DNA from: Eledone cirrhosa
Taxonomy: Eukaryota
Length of the DNA stretch: 64,000 nt
Assembly (NCBI GenBank): GCA_964016885.1
Contig: OZ024742.1
Span: 230,702,001-230,766,000 of the forward strand
Direction of reading: 5' to 3'
A program made the translations under genes and the position numbers. Within the stretch, counting starts at the first letter, position 1; every line of letters begins with the position of its first letter. Below the pieces are notes generated by a model, which worked only from the letters and a program-made list of their open reading frames with translations, made no database searches and was not told the origin of the DNA. This document shows, piece by piece, positions 1 to 14,368 of this stretch.

Positions 1-218
1 GAACTTTGACAATATATAAACAACCATCTGGTTGTGGAACCAACCAACCAACCGGAAATTTATAAATTCCTAAATTTATAAATTTATTATAATAAATTGA
101 AGTGAAAGCAACTGGTGCGTGTGTTTCTTATTGGCAACATGACCCTCCCAAAGTATAACAATATCGGTTTCAACACACATTTTCAGATAAAGAATCTTGC
201 TAAACAAATTCAGAAACG

Positions 219-293
<75 letters not shown>

Positions 294-1117
294 TCACTTC
301 CACTCTTACTTCTGAAATTTCTCGTTTCTTTTTTTTTAATTTTCATTAAACATCCAACTTATCCTTATACATACATCAGTATGTTATTCGTTACTAACTC
401 CCCTCTGAACACCACCACCATTTCCACCAGAAAAGATCTACCATTAACGTCATCTTTTAAGGAATTGTTGTTATTCATAAAAAGCTACAAGTATTCTAAT
501 TTGTGTTATTTTGAAATTCTCTCTTGGGAAGTTTTCTTCTTCGTTTTATTTTAAGCGTCCCCTCATTCTCGGATCCCCGTTGGTTGGGACAATATAAATC
601 AATTCAATGGCTTACTCGTTAAGTTGGCTTGTAAGTGGCTGAGTACTCCACAAACGGTTAAGTGTAACACATTTCTTATGTATATTCAGCATGACATACT
701 GCGTGAAAGGCTTCGCCCGTTGAATTTCAACTCAAGTTCAGCCGTTCTTAGTGCCTCCTTTTTTGTTACCCTCCTCTTCATTATTGGTTCAAACTCATGG
801 CACATTAGCAGAGTTGTTAAAACAAAATGTCTTGCAGTGTTCGTTCTGGCATATTGACTTCAAATCCCTTTGCTTTTCCTTTTTTCGAGGTCGATCAAAA
901 ATGTATCAGATCGATACGTTTTCCATATCTCTTTCTCACCCCCCCCCCCTCTCTCGCTTTCACACACATACACTCACACAACATGTCTCTCTCTCTCTCA
1001 TTCTCCTTCTCTGGAGACGGAATGTGCTCCACCAGTTTAAAAATGCCTAAGACACGACATGTTACTACAGCACCGCCAGGATTCGATTAGGAGTAACGGG
1101 TCCATACATACATACAT

Positions 1118-1620
1118 GATGGCTGTCCCCTCGTTATCGAGTATGGCCATTGCATGATATACCATTATTAATAATTATTAATTAATTCTATCGTGCAATG
1201 CCTGTGCGTGAAGATATTTTTTTTAAAGTGAGGAAAGACTGTGCACTGAGCCAATCCCACTCTCTGGGCGACAGTAGCTATAGCCCGAAGAGAAGGTAAG
1301 ATCAACATCATCGGTAACTACTGAGCCGCAGGTTTTATATCGGAGTTATCCCAGTTTCCTGAGCTGCCTTCTCCTAGAAGAATGCCCTGACAAAGGCTAG
1401 AGGTCCTTCACTCCCAGTGGTTTAACCCTCGCGGTACATGTGTATATACATATTTACACACTTTTGGATGGCCGTTGACTCTTATGAGTTCTTCCGCCCT
1501 TTGTCAGGTTTTGTTTTTTCTCCTGCAGGGCGTCCAAAATCACCCTCCTCACCAAATAAACTTGGTGGGGTTGCCGGGTTAGTCACAGACAGCCTGACCA
1601 TGCGACAGGTTGTACTGGGT
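1118..1620 (-). mobile_element. Diverged member of the (TACA)n-flanked RTE-derived non-autonomous family
   Basis: Collinear similarity to 4609-5210 and the reverse complement of 46779-47390 (tgacaaaggcta, ttttggatggcc, ggttgtactggg); bounded by TACA repeats. Confidence 0.7.
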
Positions 1621-1631
1621 TACATACATAC

Positions 1632-2152
1632 ATGAGGACTACTGCGTCTTAACAGACGATTGCCGTCTCTTATTGATTCTTCGTTATCATCCCATCTGCG
1701 TCCCTGACTACGTAGATGACTTTGTAGGCCAGCTGTAGATCTGCATGGTTTACGACACAGGTGACAAAAGAATGCTGTGCTTTCCACAGGACCGGTGTTG
1801 TCACCCTGTGAGACACAATCTTTATGTACCACCATGTGTCTTCTTAGTCCGGAACTAGTTCTACACACTTCGTTGCATCACGCACGTAGTCTCGCCAGGC
1901 CTTTGTTGGGTGGTGTTGCAGGTGGTTATCCTTTCATGTGACTTCTGGTGATTAACATAACCAGCCTTTGAGAGGATATAAATTGTATGTCCAACCACTA
2001 AGGACTTCATTAAGACTGTGTCCACAGCCCTTCCGGAGCTGACACTTCAGTTGTTTATGTTCTAGACGACATTCCACAACAGTATAGCAACTGACCTTTA
2101 TGCTCTTTCTCAACTCAGCCCTATTTAGAGCTATCGTCTCCCAGTTGTCTAT
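1632..2152 (-). mobile_element. RTE-like LINE 3' end remnant with C2H2 zinc fingers
   Basis: Minus strand encodes IDNWETIALNRAELRKSIK, CRTSSGLRRHMVVH and CHLCRKPCRSTAGLQSHLRS, typical of RTE ORF C-termini; frameshifted; ends in a (TGTA)n tail. Confidence 0.65.
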
Positions 2153-2175
2153 ACATACATACATACATGCATACA

Positions 2176-2581
2176 TGGTGGCTGCCAACTCGTTTTCGAG
2201 TATGGCCACTACTTTATATCCATGTAGGAGAACCCCTACTGATGCGCTGAACGAGTGTGACTTTTTAGTCCAGCCAGCGACTTGAAAACTCTGGTACAAA
2301 CACTACACTTGTGACAATTATTGACACATAGTGCTGGGCCCACGGTACCATGTGACGTCACGTGCAGAGAGATCTCCAGATATAAAACAATGCTTGTGCC
2401 GTGAAGCTTTTATAGTGAGCAAAGGCACTGCACAAAGCCAGTCCCACTCTCTTAACCAAGATGATATTTACCAAAAAGAAGAACAAGTCAACATCATTGG
2501 ATACCATCAGGGTTGCAGGTGTTATATCAGAGTTTTCCTTCTCCTAGAATTCTGCCTTGACAAAGGCTAAGGGGTCATCTC

Positions 2582-2582
<1 letters not shown>
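2176..2582 (-). mobile_element. (TACA)n-flanked RTE-derived non-autonomous element, 5'-truncated
   Basis: Near-identical to 4609-5012 and the reverse complement of 46990-47390; contains the zinc-finger remnant CSVCTRVFKSLAGLKSH; TACA repeats on both sides. Confidence 0.8.
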
Positions 2583-2612
<30 letters not shown>

Positions 2613-3512
2613 CATACATACATACATACATACATACATACATACATACATACATACAATTCTTGGTTCAAGTTACCTATGACAAAAATCCTTTTAACTG
2701 TAACCATCATCTTTTTTCAGAATGTGTATCTGGGTGACATTGCACAATGTATCTTTTGCCTTGTGCTTAACTTAGAGTCTATGTTGTTACTGCTGCTGTT
2801 GGTAGTGGTGCTGTTGATTTTGTTGTTGTGGGTGTGGTAGTGCTGCTGAATCTGTTGGTAGCATTGTTATATTGGTGGTGGGGCTTCTGCTGTTGTTGAT
2901 AATGATGGAATGTTGGTAATGCTGGTGGTAGTGGGGGTGGGGTGGGGGTGGGGGTGGATCTGCTGCTACTACGGTTGGTGATGGTGCTGTTGTTGCTGTG
3001 GTGGTGTTGGTTGTTGCTGTGGTGGTTGTAGTTGTTAGTGTTGTTATATGGCGATGATCTTATATTGGTGGTGCTGGTATTGTTGTTAGTGGTGATGGTG
3101 ATGCTCCTTCTTTTGCTGGTGTTGGTGGTGTATATATTGGTGGTGCCATCGTCGTTGTGGAATAGCTCACGTCAACATTACTGCTATGAACCTATGGCTC
3201 AGATTGAAAGGATGATGAAAGCCTTACAGCTGTCTTTTGATCCATCCTATTGCTATGCAGATTATGAGATGCCCGTACTGATATGTGGTATTTGCTTCTG
3301 GTTAAACTTAAAATACAATCAATAGACATCGTTTTTAAAGGAATACAGCAGCTGAAATATTCAGGGCTTTAAGCCTAGTTCACATTTTACATCTCGTAAG
3401 AAGTGTATTAGTTCTCCAGCAATCATGTAGAGTATCTTCATTCCAGGTTCACGATATTTATGCTTTGTTGTTGTGGTTGTTGTAACGGTTGTTACTACTG
3501 TTGTTGCTACTG

Positions 3513-3544
<32 letters not shown>

Positions 3545-4176
3545 GGTGTTGTTATAGTGGTGTTTATTCTGTTGTAGCATGTCCAGCGGATTCGACGGTT
3601 AATATTCTAGTTTGTGGATTAACAAAAAAAAAAAAGCCTTGCTCTTGAAATTAACGTGCATGTGTCAGAGCATTCAACAGACACGTGTACTAAACAACCC
3701 TGCGGTTATGAAAATAATCGACAGAAAATTATAATAATAAATTGAAGTGAAACTCAATTGGTGCGAATGCTTTTATTGGAACCTTGAACCCCCTATATTA
3801 TAAAAATATATATACATGTAATTCATCCACCAATATTTCGGCACTATATATATATCAATACCATTTTGTTTTCCACAAGTCAGCGTCGCCAAACGTTGTA
3901 CTCTGTAAATATTTTTGTATTCTTTTTAATATTAATCATTCTATTCTGTTTCTCTACTAAATGAATATTTTTTTACCGTTTCTTCAAATTCACCGTCGAT
4001 GTCCATTAAAACTCGGTAATTTTTCCATCCCTGTTCAGTCATCTCAGTATATCGTTGAAATGCCTTACACATCACTATCTCATTTTTATTCCACTTACAT
4101 TCAATTTCTGTTTCTTTATTTGTATCAATTCTCTCTCTCTCTCTCTCTCTCTCTAGCCGTCCCCTCTCTCTCGGTA

Positions 4177-4227
<51 letters not shown>

Positions 4228-4253
4228 GCTCTCAGTATATATATATGTATGTA

Positions 4254-4311
<58 letters not shown>

Positions 4312-4313
<2 letters not shown>

Positions 4314-4525
4314 TCGATCGACTTTCGTCAAATCGGACCGAGGAAACAATGTTTCCGTTGGTCTTTCCAATTGCTAATACTCTCTATCGGTCGCAACTCC
4401 AGGTAGAAGGAGCAACGTGCATAAAGTGCCTTGCTCAAGGACATACCGCATCGCCTGGTCCGAGAATCGAACTCTCAACCTCATGATTGCGAATCCAATT
4501 CTCTAACTACTCAGCCACGCGCCTT
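4312..4525 (-). mobile_element. tRNA-derived SINE with 3' GAAA-loop hairpin
   Basis: Reverse complement of 58270-58477; A box (tggctgagtagtt) and B box (gttcgattc); flanked by (TA)n. Confidence 0.75.
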
Positions 4526-4532
4526 CACACGC

Positions 4533-4572
<40 letters not shown>

Positions 4573-4608
4573 TATGTATATATATATATATATATGTATA
4601 TATATAAT

Positions 4609-5210
4609 ATGGTGGCTGCCAACTAGTTTTCGAGTACGGCCACTACTTTATATCCATGTAGGAGAACCAATACCGATGCGCTGAACGAGTGTGACTTTTT
4701 AGTCCAGCCAGCAACTTGAAAACTCTGGTACAAACACTACACTTTTGACAATTATTGACACAGTGCTGGGCCCATGGTACCATGTGACGACAGGTGCAGA
4801 GAGATCTCCAGATATAAAGCAATACCTGTGCCGTGAAGCTTTTATAGTGAGCAAAGGCACTGCACAAAGCCAGTCCCACTCTCTTAACCAAGATGATATT
4901 TGCCAAAAAGAAGAACAAGTCAACAGCATTGGATACCATCAGGGTTGCAGGTGTTATATCAGAGTTTTCCTTCTCCTAGAATTCTGCCTTGACAAAGGCT
5001 AAGGGGTCATCTCTCCCGGTGATTTTGGATGGCCATTGGCTTTTAAGAGCTCCTTTGACAGGTTTTGTTTTTAGTCCTGCAGGATGTCCAAAGTCACCCT
5101 GCTCACCAAGAAACCTTGGTGGGTTGCCAGTTTAGTCGCCAACGACCCGACCATGAGACAGGTTGTACTGGGATACATGTTACCAGTAGCACCAACTGGT
5201 GACCTGACAT
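4609..5210 (-). mobile_element. Near full-length (TACA)-family RTE-derived non-autonomous element
   Basis: Reverse complement of 46779-47390 over ~600 bp; zinc-finger remnant in ORF 4643..4939. Confidence 0.8.
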
Positions 5211-5224
5211 AATATACATATATA

Positions 5225-5301
<77 letters not shown>

Positions 5302-5302
<1 letters not shown>

Positions 5303-5448
5303 GTAATCAATGTGAAGACTAAAATCCAAAGAGGGCTCGATAAGGATAAATATATCAAATATATAAGATATATATAAGATCTTTCAGAAGATCCCCGTAA
5401 GAGTGAAAGCAGCGATTATTTGCTTAAACTTTAATCTGTTATTTTAAT
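5302..5448. mobile_element. Hammerhead element family F (CAGAAGA core), internally inverted copy
   Basis: 5302-5370 is the reverse complement of the family 3' part (compare 27610-27670); 5382-5448 is the ribozyme-bearing part; flanked by (TA)n. Confidence 0.7.
5382..5430 (+). ncRNA. Type I hammerhead-like motif with variant core CAGAAGA
   Basis: ttt CAGAAGA tccccgtaagagt GAAA GCA gcgattatt TGC TT aaact; helix III GCA/TGC; triplet CUU. Confidence 0.55.
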
Positions 5449-5501
5449 ATATATATATATAATAATATATAAGATCAAAAGATGGTTAAAGGAGTTCCAT
5501 G

Positions 5502-5572
5502 TATTTTATTATGCGCATTTCAAAAACAAATATCATCATGCAATAACATTTGCATTTTCGTCAGATAAAATA
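5502..5572 (-). ncRNA. Type I hammerhead ribozyme (left arm of palindrome)
   Basis: Reverse complement of 5710-5780 with one substitution in helix II. Confidence 0.8.
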
Positions 5573-5709
5573 GGGAGACATGATATGAAGGTTAAAACAC
5601 ACTTGTGAATAGTGCAGTTTTAAATCAACATATGTTGATTTAAAACTGATATGTTGATTTAAAACTGCACTATTCACAAGTGTGTTTTAACCTTCATATC
5701 ATGTCTCCC

Positions 5710-5780
5710 TATTTTATCTGACGAAAACGCAAATGTTATTGCATGATGATATTTGTTTTTGAAATGCGCATAATAAAATA
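5710..5780 (+). ncRNA. Type I hammerhead ribozyme
   Basis: tattttat CTGACGA [aaacgcaaatgttat...atatttgttttt] GAAA TGCGCA TA ataaaata; 8-bp helix I, palindromic helix III, AUA triplet. Confidence 0.85.
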
Positions 5781-6329
5781 CATGGAACTCTTTTAACCAT
5801 CTTTTGATCTTATATATTATTATTTATACTCCAGTCCTACAAACTGTAGAGTGCTACTTATGCGATATCTGCATTGCTTTATTGTACTACAATAAAACTC
5901 ACCTCCTACATATACATATATATATACATATACATATATATATACATATATATACATATATATATGAATATTGGAAAATGTGTGAGATCCTTATATTTGA
6001 AAAGAAGGAAAACATTGACTTCACTTGTAGTGTTAAATAATTTGATTTCATTTTATAATATTATAATATTATGAGTTGGTAGATCTAGAAAGTTCTTTGT
6101 TAACTTCGGTGGGAAGAATTTTAAAGATTCCTCGTTAACTTTGTGGGAGAACTTTCTCGCATTCGTCGGGGGCGATTGTCAAACTGAGACCAGGTTGTGT
6201 TGTGATGTGTTGAGATATATAAGAGACATTTGGATGTGTCTGGGGTGTCGGGTGTGGGGCGTGGTGTTAATGAGTGTTGATGACGATTTGGAGGAATTAA
6301 AGCATACACACACACACACACATACACAT

Positions 6330-6458
<129 letters not shown>

Positions 6459-6714
6459 CAGTCAGAAAATGGTGAGGTTGACATAAGATAAGGGTGATTG
6501 AGAAGGTGGTTGTAAACATCCCCTCCTGGTGGTTTTATTTCATTAGTTGACCTTTGATGAGTATATAATGGCAGGGTATTTTTCATATAAATATGAATAT
6601 ATATATATATATGGCTACATACATGTATGTAACCTACAACCACTACTAATATAACGACTCCACCAACCACGGCCGCAACAGCGCCCTTACCAGTATAACA
6701 ACACCACCAATACT

Positions 6715-6769
<55 letters not shown>

Positions 6770-7321
6770 TTCAATATATTTGTTTCATTAATCCTACACA
6801 TCTTTACACTGTCTATCTTTACACTGTCTCTTGCATTTCTTTTACTCAGTCAATTTGCTTCACATTCACTACATTATTTTATCATCTTCACTAGACCGAC
6901 TTCTTCACAAACCTAGTTAAACACTAACCGCCTACCTGCTTCGTACTTTTTTAACAACGTGCACTCTAATATTATACTTTAAAACATTCACTTGAATACA
7001 TACAATTTAATGCATTCGCTTTAATACATACATTTAATACATTCGTATGCTTAAATACGTTCATATGCTTAAATACATACACTTTTATATATTATTCACA
7101 TACTGTTATGTTTCGTTTCCATTATTTAATTCTAACTACTTATTTCTTATGAAAATAGTAATGCGTTGTGCGTGTGTGCGCGCGCAGGTGTGTGTGTGTG
7201 TGTGCGCGTGCCTGTGTGTGTGTTATTGTATACCAAATTTAAGGTCCAACGGCGCCATGACCCCGTTTGTCTATTATTTTTTTTTATTTTTTGTCTTTTT
7301 TAATGTTAGCATGTTAGAAAT

Positions 7322-7353
<32 letters not shown>

Positions 7354-9142
7354 GTTCACATACATGCATACATACATACATACATACATACATACATACA
7401 TACATACATACATACATACATAATTCGTACGTATGTACATACATACATACATACATACATACATACATACATACATACATACATACATTACTCGTTCCAT
7501 CGTGATTTTCAGCTATTTAAGCCTCTCAGCTCAAGAACACCGATTCCATTCCCTTCTCAGCAGGTCATTCGTTTTGAAAAAGCGATATCTTATACCAGAT
7601 GCATTATTTACGCATTAAAGCCCTTTTCTTATGATATCATCATCTTTACCATATCCCCCTCTCACTAATTCTCTCTCTCTCTCCCTCTATCTCTCCCTGC
7701 CACTCTATATCTCTATCATTTTTTCTTTCCTCTTCCCTTTCTCGTTTCGTTTTTCTTTTTCATTTTCTTTTTTTTTTTCGTTTTTTAATCTCGTAGTAAT
7801 TAAAAAAATAAAATAAAATGTTACATCCAGTGATGACCTGGGAGATAAATGAAAGCGTGTGGATGTTGCGACAGGCAGCAAAGCAGGTAGAAAATCAATC
7901 TATCATACTGTACATAATTAAATTCTTTTCATCAACTGAGGATCTCATTTTTATAGGAATGGGTACGACATCGATTGGTAATAGAGATATTGAGAGAGGC
8001 AGTGCCTAGGTGTTTAGTACTTTAGGCTAGCCTCACACTATGTGCCCCTTCTTCCAATTATGCACCCATTATCTCAAATAAAATAATTTGAATTTAGTTT
8101 GTTAAGTTGACAAACCTATTTTTTAACACTTCTTTTGTAAGTCGAATGATAGTATTGAACATTTGGCCGATTGTGCCTGTAAGATTGAAGCCGTAGAGGA
8201 AAACAATGTAATGGTGCTAGCCCTTGATAGTTCTCTAATCTTCAATCTGTAGAGTTTATTGCTTGACTCTAAGTGGTGTTAGTCCTTGTTGGACATCAAC
8301 ATAATTTCTGTATAGGGTGTATAACAACAAAGGAAAACTGAAGGAAAATCTACAGCTCACAACTATACATGTGGCCTTCTGAGAGTTTGTCTCTCATAGA
8401 AGATTTTTCAGAGATTTTGATGTTAGGGCCTCAGTCCTATCTTGAAGAACAGCATGAAAGCAGCCAGATCCAGAAATCGAACCCAAAACCTTATGATTGT
8501 AAGCCCAACAGCCACCATTATTTTAATTTAGTTTCACTCGATTTTAATATAATACTCCATACCTTTCTGTAACCTGTCCCTGTAAAATATTTTACACGTT
8601 CTTATTATCATTACTTGGATAGTTTTAAGTCAGTTCCTATTGCATTGGCTGTTGCGCATTAGTGTTCCTGAGGTGTGTACAAAATGGTGGGTTCTGATTT
8701 ATATAGCTGTGTGGTGAAGTATAGACCCGCCTTGTGGTTTCTTGTATTATTTTTGTGTTTATTGTAGTATGTGCAATGTGAGTTGTGTTATTTTATTGTG
8801 TATTAATCTTGTAGATTATATATTGTGTGAGTTATCTATGTATATATGAGTGTATGTATTTTATATTGTGTCGCGTTTAGAGATTATTCTATTTGAGTTG
8901 TGCCATTGGATCGATAATGACTTGCGCAGGGTCTACGTCCTTTCTAACAGAGCTATCTTTTAGGGGGAGAATGTGCAGTGTTATGAGCCATGGCATATAT
9001 CATCATCAGCAGCAGCAGCATCATCATCATCCATATCACTTCACAATCTCTCTTTTCAAATCTTTTCCTGTTCTCTCTCACACACATTGTGTTGTCATCT
9101 GGAAATGCAATATTATAGTGTAACGTCTTTCATTATTATTAC

Positions 9143-9176
<34 letters not shown>

Positions 9177-10922
9177 GATGTTGTTGTTATCGTCGATATT
9201 TTCGTTGTTGCTTTTGATGCTGTTGGTAAGCAGATTTAAAGTTGTTCTGAAAGAGAAATCGGATAATCTCCCTTTTCATTCCATCCAACCCCACCACTCT
9301 ACCACTCTCCTACTCTCCCACTCTGTAGATATAAGGTAAGAATCTTTAGATTAATGCCATCTATGAAGCTGAAGGGGTATTGCGACAGAATTATTGTCTA
9401 CCGACACGCATACAAACACAAGTATCAAAAATACTGAAACTGAAAGCATAGAGGACATCTTTCAGTATGTGATAGTGTATGTACATTTATTTGGTTGATA
9501 TGTAGTATTGTTTCCTTGTGTACATATGCGCGAGCGTGTGTGTTTATTGCGTTGAAACGTACCTTTGTGTAGTTTACAAGATTCAGTGACAAACTTTGAT
9601 ATTAGCTATATATCGCTGGCAGAATATTTGAATGTTATCGCATCCTTTTCTTCCTTGATTAGTTTTGGTATGATATTAAAGAGTATAGGGCCAGTTGAAG
9701 TAAAATAGTTCTGTTGTATAGTTATATATACATATATACACAATATAGTGATACATATATATATATGTGTGGGGGGGGGGGGGTGAATGTATTGAACAAT
9801 GAAATCAAAAGTTGAAGTATAGTGCTTAATCAGTTTATTGTTTTCCGACCGTTTTGGAAGGCTAATTGGTCATGGTAAATCGAGATTTTTACTAATCGAT
9901 TATATAAACACAAACATATATATATATGATAATCTTATGTATTCTTTTTCTTACAACATAGCTATGAATGTTTCAGCAAAACGATGTGATTGTTCTCTTA
10001 ACTCCTTTTATATATATATATGCGTGTGTGTGTGTATTTGAGAGTGTGTTTGTATTTGAGTGAGTCTGCGATTGATTTTGTATGTGTGTGGTGTATAGGT
10101 ATACTTTAATGTTGAATGAATATATTGAATCTTATAGACCCCAGTAAATAGTAATAGTGGAATAGTAACATATGAAGGGGGCGGGGTGATTCTGTGAGAA
10201 AACAATAAGAAATCAATCTTAAAACAAAAAACAGAAACTAAGTAAATCAATCTGACAGAGAAAGTTTTAGGTAAATATAAGATTCATCAAATAGTTATTG
10301 TGAACTACACCCTCGGAGAAATATATAAGATTTCAATTGATTAGTCAAGTCTTTTATTTAATTATGAGAGCAACTCCTTACATTCCATCGATTAATTTTT
10401 AAATTACTCGGCCTTGGGTATAAACTAATTAGGTTATTTTCTTGGTGGTTGTTATAATTTGTCTCTCGTTTACCGTTTCTCTCAGAGAAATATATTGTTA
10501 AAATCCCCACAAGTAAAACGAAAGAAGCTAGAGTATAACATTGTAGAAGACAAGGCGCCGTGATGTTTGGCTGTCTCGAAACCAATTGTGTTTTTGGTAA
10601 ATTATAAAAATAGGAATCAATGAGAGTGTGAAATTAGTAAATATTTTAGTCAGACTTTGGGAATCTGTGTGCACTATAATATAGGTATGTGAGAGTGTGT
10701 GTATGGGTTAATATGTGTGTATAAATGTGCGATGGGTGAAATTGTGAATGTGTATCTGTTGTGTGTGTTTGTGGGTGTGTGGTGGTGAGTTTGTGTGTAT
10801 ATAAATATGTATGAATGTGCAATTGCGAGGAGTTATGCGTATGTGGATATGAGTATAGGTAAGCGTGTGTTAATACATGTAGGCGTGGCTCAATATGCGT
10901 GTTGTTAGTTTATGGATGTGTG

Positions 10923-10995
<73 letters not shown>

Positions 10996-11084
10996 ACGTA
11001 TGTATATAGATGGTTGTGAAGGTATAATTGTTACATATTTAGACCAGGCTTTGTGAATATGTATGTGTTAAGTATATGTGTAAA

Positions 11085-11410
11085 GATGCGTGGCTAAGTG
11101 GTTAGAACTTTGGGTTGACAATGATGAGGTTATGAGTTCGATTCGTGGACCGGGTGGTACATTGTATCCCTGAGCAAGATACTATATGTTTTAAGTTGCT
11201 CCAGTTCACTCTGCTGCAGAAATGAGTTGCGACGTCTCAAGCTATAATAATCTTTGACTTTCCTTTGAATGACATCGGTGGCGAAGACTGGCATGCGTGG
11301 ACAACTTCTGGCTTTCCATAAAAACAATTTGCCGGGCTTGTGTCTAACACGGGAATTTTTTCTAGGTGCAAAACCCAAGGTCATTCGTGACCGAAGGGGA
11401 TCTCTACCCT
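11085..11410 (+). mobile_element. tRNA-derived SINE
   Basis: Head gcgtggctaagtggttag...gagttcgattc, then the ccctgagcaaga core shared with 58270. Confidence 0.65.
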
Positions 11411-11594
11411 TAGTGTGTACGTGAAGGTGGATGTGTGAGAGTATGTGAATGTATGAGTGAGTGTGCGTGTGGGCACCGACATGTGTAAATATGCGTGATG
11501 GTGAAATTGTAAAAGGTTTGTGCATATGTGTCAATGTATTTATTTGTGAAAGTATGGGAAAAGTGTGGATATGTATATATATATATATCAGATT

Positions 11595-11779
11595 GGAGGT
11601 GGTAAAAACTAGTTGGTCCATTACTCACCAGAGTACTCGATACATGGGGTAGTAGAGCGGGTAATATGAAAAAACTCAGGATCCCGACAGCTGAACTCTG
11701 GCCGTTTCAACAGCTAGATCCGAGTTTGGATCTAACTGTTGAAACGGCCGAAGCTCAGCTGTCGGGATCCTGAGTTTTT
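11595..11779 (-). mobile_element. Hammerhead element family G, fold-back copy
   Basis: Imperfect palindrome 11670-11779 containing GAAA CGGC...GCTG TC gggatc; tail homologous to 28183-28260 and 39130-39205. Confidence 0.7.
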
Positions 11780-11780
11780 A

Positions 11781-11844
<64 letters not shown>

Positions 11845-12328
11845 GTGTATGAGTGTGTGTGTGTATGTATGTATGTGTATAGATAAATGTACACACGCAC
11901 ACATACACACACACGCACACACACACACATATATATATGAGTCTGTGTATCTGTGTATATTCAAGTCGAACTTTGTGAATATCTGCGTTAGTCCAATGTA
12001 TATATGAAGGTATGTATGTGCGTGTGTTAGTGAATGTGAGTCATATGTGTATGATTGAACTTTGATTTTGTCTAACTTGAAAGAGTTGTTTTTAATTTGT
12101 TTTATCTTTTACGGGCGATCTTCATGGACTGATTGCTTACTGGCTGAGTTTATATATTCAATAGCATGCTGGTAGAATCTTTACAGCGTCGAAGTAATCG
12201 CCTCTGTACTTTTTATAGGTCTCCACGTGCTAAATTCAAATCCCACTTTCATTCTAATCAAATATTTGCATTTCATTCTCTCGAGGTCAATAAACAAAAT
12301 ACCAATCTACTTCTCACCCCACCCCCTC

Positions 12329-12373
<45 letters not shown>

Positions 12374-12388
12374 TTCTGACCCCCATCT

Positions 12389-12457
<69 letters not shown>

Positions 12458-13213
12458 TCTTTATACAAAATGGGCCGTGTTCTGATATAGAGATGGATGG
12501 GCTCACCCATGTTTGGAAGAGATGCCCGAGATACGCTGCATATCATGAATCCACCAGGAGAGAAACAGACTAATATTTCATTGATTAAAAACTTCATGTT
12601 CATTTGTATATACTATTATTCTGGTTACATGGGCGTTAAGCAAGTGATATTACATATCTTCCTTCTGAACTGGATGCCATTCAGTTGCAAGGAAAACGTC
12701 TAGCTGCTGTTGCTGTACTCATTTTCAATTGAGAGAACAGGGGAATACATAAAAGAAATTGCCTTGTTCAATGATATATATCTGTGGAACCCAAGACTTG
12801 CTATGAAACCCAAGACGTTGTGAACGTAAACTAAACACCTTAACCACTAGGTCTTGACCCTTCATATAAAGATGCAATGTATGTAAAAATAACAACGTCA
12901 CTTAAACATTTAATCGTCAAATGTTTGTGGTATTTCACGTTTATTTTTATGAATGTTGTAAGTGAAATAAATCTATTGAATAATATTCCGTGCCTAATTA
13001 ATATTTAGATCGATAATTTGACGCATCAAGCTATATACAGACTAATGGTATCCGCTACTGTTATGCCTTACACACACACACACCCCAACAAACACCAACC
13101 AACACGCACACCAACACACACACACACACACACCACACACATATGTATATATATATATGTCTGTAAGTATATATATATGTATATATATGTATATATATAT
13201 ATATATATATATC

Positions 13214-13355
<142 letters not shown>

Positions 13356-13421
13356 TGTATATATATATATATATATGTATGTGTAGGTATGTATATATGT
13401 ATTTATATGTATGTCTGTAAG

Positions 13422-13460
<39 letters not shown>

Positions 13461-13579
13461 GAGAGAGAGGGAGATACAAAAAACATACACGTCATGTGTA
13501 GGGACTAATGGTATACGCTGCCATCATGCCATGTGTAGACATACATATAGAAGCTAATTGTATATTCTATCCTAAAGCC

Positions 13580-13615
<36 letters not shown>

Positions 13616-14174
13616 TTGCGTGTACGTGTGTGCGCGCGCGCGTGTGTATGTGTGTGTATGTATATATATACATATAGATATATATATATATATGTGTGTG
13701 TGTATGTGTGTCTGTGTGTGTGTGTTTGTCTATATATATATATATACATATATATAATGCGCAGGATAATTTTATATGCTAACATAGTCTCTATTCAGAC
13801 TAATGCAAGCTTATATACATTAATGTGATGCACCACCATAACAACCGTTAGAAAATACTGCATTGCATTTGACTTTGTTGCATATACCATGTTAGTAGAA
13901 ACATCTGCAACTTAAACTGGTAGTCTCTGATTGTTTTTTTTTTCTTGTTCGATAAATTTCTTTACATACGTATTTATGGTATAAATTACTGGAAATATTT
14001 TTAAATATTTAAAAGATAATGTGGAGCAAAATAACAAAAAAAGGGGAATTGGAAGGACCAAAGGGAGTGGGCAAACTCTTCATCCATGGCTGGGCAGTAC
14101 TTCTTTCTCTGTTGTCCCTAACGCGGACATGACTGTGAAAGCAGTGCCGCGGAGACAGCCAGGGACACCTACAT

Positions 14175-14368
14175 CAGACCTGTCAACTCTCCCAGTCCGA
14201 GGGGGAGATTTGCAATAGCATTGGGTTTCGTGAGAAATGTCTTCTCTTGTGAAAATGGGTATAGCTTTCATTAGGTAAAATCTTCCTATTTTGCCTCATT
14301 TCTCCCTGTTTTGAGACACTTTTTTGCATTGTACTCCCCGTTTGGGTTTATAGAGGTTGGCAGGTCTG
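14175..14368. mobile_element. MITE, hAT-like
   Basis: TIRs cagacctgtcaac / gttggcaggtctg; flanking near-direct repeats cctacat / actacat. Confidence 0.65.

Larger units (their letters stand above)
5461..5910 (+). mobile_element. Hammerhead element family C: ~170-bp-arm fold-back palindrome plus unique 3' tail
   Basis: 5461-5630 is the reverse complement of ~5652-5824 with two mismatches; bounded by TA-rich microsatellites. Confidence 0.8.

Noticed and set aside
150-200. Hammerhead-like CTGAAAA...GAAACCGATA on the minus strand
   Set aside because: Core is mutated and there is no helix I complement; the surrounding repeat (shared with ~3730 and ~19545) remains unclassified.
2780-3325. Hydrophobic V/L-rich ORF suggesting a membrane protein (also 31809-32330)
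   Set aside because: Derived from degenerate (GTT/GGT/CTA/ATA)n trinucleotide repeats.
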